Of a stretch of DNA of 64,000 nucleotides, positions 56,052 to 64,000 are shown one piece after another. Every line of letters begins with the position of its first letter. Position 1 is the stretch's first letter. The translations under genes and the position numbers were made by a program. Source of the DNA: Rebecca billardiae RCC1528 (Eukaryota; Protista; Haptophyta); assembly GCA_965240325.2 (NCBI GenBank), contig OZ251249.1:744001-808000 (forward strand). Reading direction: 5' to 3'. The notes below the pieces were generated by a model that saw only the letters and a list, made by a program, of their open reading frames with translations, was not told the origin of the DNA and did no database searches.

Positions 56052-58141
56052 ATGGCTTCCGCCGGTGCCGCGCGGCGCGCAGCGCAGTACGCCAAGCTGC
56101 TCGTGGAGGAGGGCGAGCGCAGCCCGGACGGCAAGGGCGCCGGGCACACCGATGGGCACGCCGGAGACGACGACGACGATGACGACGACGACGCGGTCGA
56201 GGCCGGCGGCACGGCCGGCGCCGTGCGCGCCCCGCCGGCCAGGCGGCACCGCTGCTGCTGCGCCGCGCTCTGCGCGGCGGCGGCGGCCGCGCTCGCGCTC
56301 GCAGTGTGGCTCGGCGGCGGGCCGAGCGCGCTCGAGCAGGCCATCATCGCCTCAGGCGCCTGGCGCGTGCTCCTCGTCACCGAGCGCCCGCTGCCCGTCG
56401 AGGGCGCGCGCGTGCTGGAGCGAGGCGGGGACTGCGCGGCGCCGCTGCCGCCGCCCGCGGGCGCGGCGCGCGTGAACGCGAGCTCGACGGCGCTGCCTCG
56501 GGGCTGGGCGGTCGGGAGCGTGGACTCCGATGCGTGCGTCTCGCCCGCCGCCGCGCGCGACGCCGCCGCCGCCGGCGCGAGCGCGTGCGTGCGCCTCGCG
56601 CGCGGCGGCGTGCGCTGCCTCCCCTCGTTTCTTCTCATTGGCTTCGAAAAATGCTCTTCGTCCGCGCTCAAGATGTGGCTCGCGCACCACCCGAACCTGC
56701 TCACCTACTTCATGTCCGACCACAACTTCCTGCAGCGCGCCGCGGACGTTGACGACCCGATCGCGCTGCCCGGCGCGCGCGCGGGCGCGGCGCTGCGCGT
56801 GACACACTCGGGCGCGCGCTCGCGCGCAAGCGACGGCGCGGGCGGCGGCGCGGGCGGTGGCGCGGGCGGTGGCGCGGTGGCCGTCGGCGTGACGGTCGCC
56901 GACGCGAGCGGCGAGAAGGGCAGGGAGCGGGCGCGGCCGATGTCCCCGCGCCGAGTCCTGCCGCCCGGCTTCGTGCCGCCGCCAGGCGAGCACCGCATCG
57001 AGCGGCTGGGCCGGGGCGGCCTCCGAGTGTTCGCGCGCTCAGCCGGCGGCGGCGCGAGCGGCGGGCGCGGCGGCGGGAATGGCGGCGGGAGCGGCGGCGG
57101 GAGCGGCGGCGGGAGCGGCGGCGGGAGCGGCGGCGGGAGCGGCGGCGTTCGGTGGTCGTTCGAAGTGCGCGCGTCGTCGACGGCGGGCGGGCTGGCGGCG
57201 CTCTGGCGCGCGCACGCCGACGTCCTACCCACGATCCCGGGCGGGCTGGCCCCGGACGGCCGCGCCGCCGCGCAGCCGAACAATAGCGCGCCCGCGGCTA
57301 CCCACATTACCCACTCGGCGCGCGGCTACTACTGGACGTTTGACAAGTCAGCGTACGTGCTCTCCGAGCGCGTGGCGGCGCTCGCGGCGGAGCTCGTGCC
57401 CGCGGCGCGGCTGGTGGTGGTGGTGCGCGAGCCCGCCGCGCGCGCGTACTCGCACTTTGGCATGTTTGCCGGTGCGTGTTCATCGCCGCGAAGCGCGCGC
57501 GCGTGATTTGTTTATTCGCGGCGCGCAATGCGGGCGCGCGCGCGTGTGCGGTGCGTGCACCCCAGCCCGAGGGCCGGGGCGGCTGCGCCGCCGCTGCTCA
57601 CCGCTGCCGCCCGGCGCGCGCGCGCGTGCTGGCCGTGGCGCAGGCATGGTCCCGCAGCTCTCGGACGCGCTCGCCTCGCCCTTCCTTGTGTCCTACATCC
57701 TGCGGCACGACCAGCACCGGACTGCGGCTGCCGCCCGGACCATCATGGCGGCGGCGGGCGGGGGCGCCGCCGGAGCCTCGTCGACGCACTCGCACGCGGC
57801 GGTCCGGTTCATCCGCGAGGGCGATGGGGAGGTGCCGGGCACGGGCGGCACGCTGATGCGCGCGCCCGCGCCGCCGGCCAGCGCTGGCGCCGACGCCGGC
57901 AACGGCTCGGCGACGGGCGCGGCCGCCGGACCTGGCCACCGCGGCGGCACCGGCGGCGGCGGCGGCGGCGGCGGCGCGCTCACCGCGTGGCGGTATGTGC
58001 GCTTCCCGTTCCAGCCCGCGGACTTTGAGGCGTACGTGGCGGGCTGTGTGGCGGCCAACCGGAGCGTGTGCCCTGAGAGCGAGTGGGCTCCGCCCTCGAT
58101 GCGCCCCGCCGCGCGCGCCGAAAAAGCCAAGCCGCGCGCGC

Positions 58142-58172
<31 letters not shown>

Positions 58173-58698
58173 GGGCTCGTGGCCACCCGGGGACACGATG
58201 CCGCGCTCGGCGCGCGTGTTGTACGAAGGGGCGTACGCGGAGCTGCTCGGGCGCTGGCTGGGGGCGGGGTACTTCGAGCCGGCGCAGCTGCTAGTGCTGC
58301 CGCTCGAGTGCTTCGGCGCGCACACCGTCCGCGCCCTCGCCGAGCTGCAGGCCGCCCTCGGCCTCCCGGCGTACGACTTTGCAGCGGTGGCGCGCGCGCA
58401 GCCCAACGGCCGCGTGTCGGTTGGCACGGTGTACGCCAGCCTGCACGATCGGCTCAACGTGAACAGGCGGTCGGCGCCGATGACAGCGGGCGCGCGCGAG
58501 GCCCTGGACGGGCTGTACTGCGAGTCGAACCGGCGGCTGCGCGCGCTCGTGGGCGGGCGCGCGCTGCCGCGTGGGTACGCGTGCGCGGACGAGGTGGAGG
58601 CCGAGCCGACCGGCGCGGCCGAGCCCGGCGCGGGCGGCCGGGGCGGCGCCGCGCCCGCGCCGGCCTGGCAGTGCGTGCTGCCCGCAGTGGCGGCGTAG
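56052..58698 (+). CDS. Type II membrane sulfotransferase (heparan sulfate 3-O/N-sulfotransferase-like)
   Basis: TM anchor; CLPSFLLIGFEKCSSSAL...HP, FDKSAY, VVREPAARAYSHF, YEGAYAELLGRWL and LYCESNRRL; intron 57472-57643. Confidence 0.85.
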
Positions 58699-59037
58699 AA
58701 CTAGGTGCGCACATGCGCTGCGGTCGACCGGGCGTCGGATCCGGCTGCCTCGATCGCTGGCGCAGCCGTCGTCGCACGCTGGCCGTCTCGCGCCGCCTAG
58801 AGAGGAGTAGCTTTAGTTTGACATAGGCTTCACGACTCAGCCAGGTCGAATTCGTTCACGTGCACACGACCGACAATTGATGCAGCACAAGCCAGCACAT
58901 CATCAGCCGCCTCAGCGTGAGCGACTGGGGACTGTGCCAACGGTCGACGGCGGATCGATGTCTTTCAAGCCGGATCCGCAAGCATCGTCGTCGTTTTTCG
59001 CGCGCGAACTGCTCGGCCACAGTCTGGGTCACGGACA

Positions 59038-60438
59038 ATGTCGACCGCTCCGCTCGCCCTCGTCGCGGCTCTTCTCGCTCTCTTCACTGCCCTTCCGGCC
59101 TTCATCGTGGTGCGTGGGCTTGACGCTGGCGCATCCTCTGCCGCCCCCAACGAGGCCGCCCCACCTCCGTCCTCGCCGTCCCAGCTCGCCTCCTCCTATG
59201 CGCTGCGCTTCGAGGGCGCGACGAGCGTCCACTGGCGCGCGCACGCCATCCGGCACGCGCGTGCTGACGGCGTCGAATACATCCCCGATGCTACCAGCAC
59301 GGCCATGGAGCTACACGCCATCCCGGAGCCCTCACCTGCCCTCGCGTTCGATCTGATGGTGACTCCGACCTCGTCCAGCCGAGCCATGTTTGCCACCGCC
59401 GCCTCGGGCGCGGAGCCTGAGGCTGTGGACTTTGTCATCCAGAGCGCGAACCTCACCCTCGAGGTGGGCGGCCGCAGCTTCGCGTGCGACGGCATCACGC
59501 TCGCCGCGCGGCATACGGCGGGCTGGTGGCTCGCAGGCAGCCAGTGCGAGCACGTGGGTACTCTTGGGCTGATCAAGTGCGCGTGCGGTGCAGCTGGACA
59601 CCTCTACTTCTCCCGCAAGCCTGGCGAGGTGAACACGGTCACAGTCGCGGCGCCCTACGAGCACAGCATCCTGCGCTTCCACAGCGTGCGCCCCGTGTCG
59701 TTCGAGTCAGGCCACGTCTTTGGCGGCAGCCTGCGAGTCATTGGCAGCGCGTTCGCAGCGGTCCACGTGCCCGGCGCCCCCCGCGGCTCGTCGATGGCCT
59801 CGGCCCTCTGCGCGCTGGGCGGGGGCATCTCCGCGCTCGTCGCGCCGCGCAGCGAGTGGCACCTGGCAAGCGTGGCGAGTGGGGTATACCGACCAGGTGG
59901 GACTGACGCCCCTACTTGCCGCAAGAAGTATGACGGTTGGCACCTGAGCTGGTCCGACGGCAGGGACTCCGCTTGGGTGGGCGCGTACGGCGAGCTGAGC
60001 ATCCCGCTCGAGGACGGCGGCACGCTGCGGTGCACCGACTTCGTGATCGGGGTGTCTGCTGACGAGGGCAGCGCTGGTCTTCAGGCCACGAAGGACTTGC
60101 TGGCCGCCTGCCGGGCGCGTGCAATGGCAGCCCCGTGGGACGGCACTACACGGCAGCTCGAGACACGGCTCGAAAAGTGCGAAAGGGACCACGATCCGAT
60201 GCAGACATCTCTGGACTACGTCCGCAGCGCTCGTCAAAACTGGTACATTGGCTCGCCGCACTGCGCGTGGCGCGATGTCGCCAGCCAGGCCGGCGGCGCA
60301 GGTGAGCCTACCCCCGATACGAGTACCGAGCGCACCAAGCAGCTGGCATACTTGTGCAACTGCGGTGAGAAGACGATCGCCCTCAAGGTCAGCGCCAACC
60401 AGCAGCTGCTTTCCTTTGACTTCTTTCGTGCTGACTGA
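59038..60438 (+). CDS. Secreted or signal-anchored Cys-rich hypothetical protein with an internal duplication
   Basis: 466-aa ORF with an N-terminal hydrophobic segment, beta-rich composition and two similar Cys/Trp modules. Confidence 0.7.
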   Translation: MSTAPLALVAALLALFTALPAFIVVRGLDAGASSAAPNEAAPPPSSPSQLASSYALRFEGATSVHWRAHAIRHARADGVEYIPDATSTAMELHAIPEPSPALAFDLMVTPTSSSRAMFATAASGAEPEAVDFVIQSANLTLEVGGRSFACDGITLAARHTAGWWLAGSQCEHVGTLGLIKCACGAAGHLYFSRKPGEVNTVTVAAPYEHSILRFHSVRPVSFESGHVFGGSLRVIGSAFAAVHVPGAPRGSSMASALCALGGGISALVAPRSEWHLASVASGVYRPGGTDAPTCRKKYDGWHLSWSDGRDSAWVGAYGELSIPLEDGGTLRCTDFVIGVSADEGSAGLQATKDLLAACRARAMAAPWDGTTRQLETRLEKCERDHDPMQTSLDYVRSARQNWYIGSPHCAWRDVASQAGGAGEPTPDTSTERTKQLAYLCNCGEKTIALKVSANQQLLSFDFFRAD

Positions 60439-60900
60439 GCCCGGGTGAGAGCCGAAGCGTGCGGGCCCCCATCATGCCGCGCGCACTTCCTGGGGCTCAT
60501 GTTGCTGGCGCTCGCGCCCGCCGCCAGCACTTTTGCTGACGCGACGAGGGTATCATTCGCGGACATTCGCCAAGCGCACGACCGGTGCTGACGATCACGA
60601 TGCCACGCTACAACCACGCGCGCTGACGACGGCTCGTGGTAGGGGCCGATGACGCATGTGTATGCGATATCGATCATCATCATCATCATCGTGTGTGTAT
60701 ATATATATATATACATATGAGCATTACGACGACGCGACGATCGATCAGCAGCGCGGACATGCTGATGCGGTGACCGTCATGACCGAATAATATAAGTAGC
60801 AGGCGACGAACTGAAAATTAACGCCGACTACCGTCCTCAAGTCTCAACACCCGGTGCCACTCGAATGTGTAACTAATGAGTGCTCAGTGCTGACCGGATG

Positions 60901-60958
60901 CGATGATGGTGATATCGATGACGATGATGACGATGATGATGATGATCGCGATGATGAT
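60901..60958. repeat. (GAT/GAC)n microsatellite
   Basis: Imperfect GAT run in intergenic DNA. Confidence 0.7.
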
Positions 60959-61254
60959 TTAGCAAGCAGGTCGTCGGATCACTACTCTACCTCTCTCAGT
61001 CTCGTCGCAAGCGGCATCGAATCATCGATGGAGTACGGTCAAGGGAGGGCTGCCTTGGTACGGTACCGCTTACATGTACTCGCGGGCGTGCGTCGGACCC
61101 GCAGGTCACTATGCGTGACCCAGCTTGTTCGCGACCCAGGTCGCGCGACGCCTCGGCCGGCCCGAGGCGACGGCGCGGCCTGGGTCGCGAGCATGATCTT
61201 GCCGGCGGCACCACCTGCGGCACGTGCGTATGACCCCTCGGCTCAGCGCGCGTC

Positions 61255-62040
61255 TCAGCCGAAGCTCACCCATCCGGCGTCCCCGCTGCCGCCGCCGCCT
61301 GGAGCGGCGCCCCCCCCTGCTGCGCCGCCCGAGGCACCGTCGGCGGGGACGGGCCTGCGTCGGCCGCCGCCGGCTGGCGCGCCACCCGGCGGCGCGCCGA
61401 GCGCCGGCGGTGGCGGCAGCGCGCCCAGCCCGCCGCCGCCGCCGCCGCCCGCGTCCCCGCCGCCCGCCCTGGGCGCGCGGCCGGCACCGCCGCCGCGCCC
61501 GCCGATCGTCACTGTGATCCTCTCGCCCTCCTTGAGCGAGAAGTCTTGCGCGGGCGGCGGCGGCGCGGCGGGCTGCTGTGCCGCGTGCTGCGCCGACGAG
61601 CCGCCGCCGAGCGCGCCCGGCCCGCCCGCGCGCACCTGCTTCACGTGGTCCTGCAGCGCGACGTTGAAATCAAACGCCTCCGAGCGCTCGCGGAAGCCCA
61701 TGCCGAGGTAAGCATGGCGGCCCTGCCCGTCGTCGACGCGGATGACGAAGTAGCGGCTCGAGTCGGTGACCGGCTCGACCGACGCCTCGGGGTGCTCGTT
61801 GTTCAGCGGGCACTGCGCGAACAGCTCGCCGCTCTGCTGGTCCTCGATCAGGATCTTGCACTTCTCGCCCTCCGCCAGCACGCGCAGCCGGCCCGTGAAG
61901 AGCCAGTTCTCCTTGGGCCACTCCTGGCAGCGATGGCCGCTCGCGCTCGCGCGCGGGGGCAGCTTGTACACGAGGCACTCGCGGACCACGAGCAGCACGC
62001 GCTCCGCCTCGCCCAGGTCGATGAGGAGGTCGTCGGCCAT
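61255..62040 (-). CDS. NECAP: Adaptin ear-binding coat-associated protein (NECAP, DUF1681/PHear)
   Basis: VYKLPPR, FTGRLRV, GELFAQCP, VEPVTDSSRYFVIRV, GFRERSEAFDFNVALQDH, DFSLKEGERI and C-terminal WVSF (WxxF). Confidence 0.95.
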   Translation of the reverse strand: MADDLLIDLGEAERVLLVVRECLVYKLPPRASASGHRCQEWPKENWLFTGRLRVLAEGEKCKILIEDQQSGELFAQCPLNNEHPEASVEPVTDSSRYFVIRVDDGQGRHAYLGMGFRERSEAFDFNVALQDHVKQVRAGGPGALGGGSSAQHAAQQPAAPPPPAQDFSLKEGERITVTIGGRGGGAGRAPRAGGGDAGGGGGGGLGALPPPPALGAPPGGAPAGGGRRRPVPADGASGGAAGGGAAPGGGGSGDAGWVSFG

Positions 62041-62463
62041 GGCCGCCGTGGCGGACGACTTCGCGGCGGCCACCTCACGCCCAGTCGTGGCGGTCCGGAG
62101 CCACCGGACTCACCCGAACGGCAGCCGCTCATGAAGAGTTGGTGGCGAGCGGTCAGCGGAGACCGGAGTGGTCAGTGGAGACTGGAGTACAGTAGTGAGT
62201 AGCCGCTGCTGATGCGGTCATGAACACGCGCGGCCCCCGATCACTGCGACGCCGATAGATAGCTTGCCTGGCAGTTGGGCGGCTGCGTACTGGCGGCAGC
62301 CGTGTCTCGTCTGAGCCGACCGGAGGCAGTCCGTGCTTGCCGCCGAGACTTTCTGACACTCCTCGGAACTCGGAAGTCAGCAGGCGCAGTGCCAAAGTGC
62401 GCGGCAGTGTCAGCGAGTGCCGGGTGAAGCAGCGCGCGCGCTTCGGAGCACGGCGGCGCGGCG

Positions 62464-63951
62464 TCAGCGCGGGTCCACGACGCGCACCGGGCGCGGCAGC
62501 TGCTCGATGCGCGCGGGCCACTCGACAGCTCGCAGCACAAACTCAGCCGTCCCAAAGGCTGCGGACTGGCCGAGGCCGAGCGCGGCCGACTGCCTGCCGC
62601 ACGCGTGCGCCGCCCCGTCTGCGGTGGCAAAGAGCGCGTGGGCGCGGCCGAGCGAGCACTGCGCCACGCGCGCGCCCTCGAAGGCGGGCACGGCCTCCGG
62701 CGCGCGCACCTCTTGCGGGGCCCGCGGCCCGAGCCCGAGCTGCCCACGGGCGTTGTCGCCAAACACGCGCACGCTGCCGTCCGCGCCGAGCACCGCGCTG
62801 CTGTCGTAGCCAGCGCACGCGCGCACAGCGCGCACGGCGCTGAGCGCGCCGACGCGCGTGGGCGTGCGGAGCTCGGAGTCGTCGGGCTGGCCCAGGCAGC
62901 CGCACCTGCCCACACCGAAGGCGTGCACGCCGCCCGCCGCGTCCACCACCAGGCTGTGCGCAAAGCCCGCACTCACGTGCGCCGCGCGCACGCCCGCGAG
63001 CGCCTCGATGCGCCTCGGCGCGCGCAGCTCCTGCGCGTCGCCGTGGCCGAGCTGGCCGCGCAGGCCCCAGCCGCACGAGTAGACGGCGCCGCCGGTGGCG
63101 AGCAGCAGCGAGTGGAACGCACCGCCGCCCACGCCGCCGATCCGCACGCCGTCCAGCGCCTCGACGCGCGCCGGCTCCCACCGGTCCTCCGTGTCGCCGT
63201 GGCCGAGCTGGCCGTGACAGTTCCAGCCCCAGCTGAACGCGGCCCCGCCCGCGCTCAGCGCGAGGCTGTGCTGGGCGCCGGCGGCGAGGCAGGCGATGCT
63301 CTCGTGCTGCAGCGCATCGAGCAGGACGAATGCCTGCTGCGTCGCGCAATCGCCCAGCCCAAGCTGGCCGCGTGAGTTGCCGCCGCAGCCGTACACGGCG
63401 CCGGCCTCGCTCAGCGCGAGCAGGTGGACCGTGCCCGCGGCGACCGCGAGGACGCGCACGGCGGAGAGCGAGGCGACGCGCGTGGGCAGGAGCACCGGGC
63501 TCCGCCCCTGGCCCAGCGCGCTCGCGCCCTCGGGCGTCCCGCCGAAGCGGGCGCCCCAAACGTGCATGCCGCTCTCCTGCCCACACGTGTGCAGCCCGCC
63601 GTCGACGTCCACGAACGCGCTGATCAGCGGCTCGTTCGACGTGCCCTGCCCGGCGACAGCCGATGTGGCGTGCGCGTGCGCGAGCTCGAGCACGCGCTCG
63701 CGCGCGAGCAGCTCCTCGCTCCACGTGCGCGCCGCCGCGGGCAGCTCGGACGGCAGCGCGTGCGCGCGCGCGCGCGCGCGCTCGCGCAGCGCGCGCTCGA
63801 CCGCCGAGCGGCCGCCCGGCGGCGCGGCGCAGAAGAGCCGACCGGCGGCGTTGGCGGCGGCGAGGTCGCGTGCGCGCGCAACGAAGCCGAGGACGCGGTC
63901 CAACGCGTCGGGTGGCAGCGTCGCGAGTAGGGGCGGGCCGCCCTCCGCCAT
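62464..63951 (-). CDS. RCC1-repeat (UVR8/HERC-like) protein with an N-terminal F-box-like motif
   Basis: About 6-7 repeats of AG..HSL....G.V..WG....GQLG.G; N-terminal LLATLPPDALDRVLGFV. Confidence 0.88.
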   Translation of the reverse strand: MAEGGPPLLATLPPDALDRVLGFVARARDLAAANAAGRLFCAAPPGGRSAVERALRERARARAHALPSELPAAARTWSEELLARERVLELAHAHATSAVAGQGTSNEPLISAFVDVDGGLHTCGQESGMHVWGARFGGTPEGASALGQGRSPVLLPTRVASLSAVRVLAVAAGTVHLLALSEAGAVYGCGGNSRGQLGLGDCATQQAFVLLDALQHESIACLAAGAQHSLALSAGGAAFSWGWNCHGQLGHGDTEDRWEPARVEALDGVRIGGVGGGAFHSLLLATGGAVYSCGWGLRGQLGHGDAQELRAPRRIEALAGVRAAHVSAGFAHSLVVDAAGGVHAFGVGRCGCLGQPDDSELRTPTRVGALSAVRAVRACAGYDSSAVLGADGSVRVFGDNARGQLGLGPRAPQEVRAPEAVPAFEGARVAQCSLGRAHALFATADGAAHACGRQSAALGLGQSAAFGTAEFVLRAVEWPARIEQLPRPVRVVDPR

Positions 63952-64000
63952 GGACTCCGTTCAGTTGGACGACCAGGCTGGTAGTTTGGACGGCCTGGTC

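Overview
Very GC-rich eukaryotic DNA with GT-AG introns that are themselves GC-rich and Ala/Gly/Pro-rich proteins. The style suggests a haptophyte alga such as a Pavlovales member (inference only). Left host genes (1-24.4 kb): a sulfotransferase-like protein, a tandem nucleoside-hydrolase-fold protein, a low-complexity RLY-repeat protein, an amino-acid transporter and a 2628-aa DUF4062-NACHT-WD40 protein. Right host genes (47.3-64 kb): a CAMK/SNF1-like kinase, a glutaredoxin-fold/pseudo-calpain/C2 fusion, a heparan-sulfate-type sulfotransferase, an unknown Cys-rich secreted protein, NECAP and an F-box-like/RCC1 protein. Between them lies a ~23 kb mobile-element island partitioned by (TA)n tracts. 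Its centrepiece is an apparently intact ~14 kb Helitron-like rolling-circle element (~33235-47230). It encodes a ~3500-aa uninterrupted HUH-Rep/PIF1 protein whose N-terminus carries a ubiquitin-like insert and two repeat families I do not recognise. It also carries a convergent 206-aa orphan ORF, a different iteron-like tandem array just upstream of each gene, and putative asymmetric TIR/hairpin ends. A second, rearranged copy of its left terminus and a 1.86 kb TIR element with self-folding ends are also present. All calls come from reading motifs by eye; no database searches were run.
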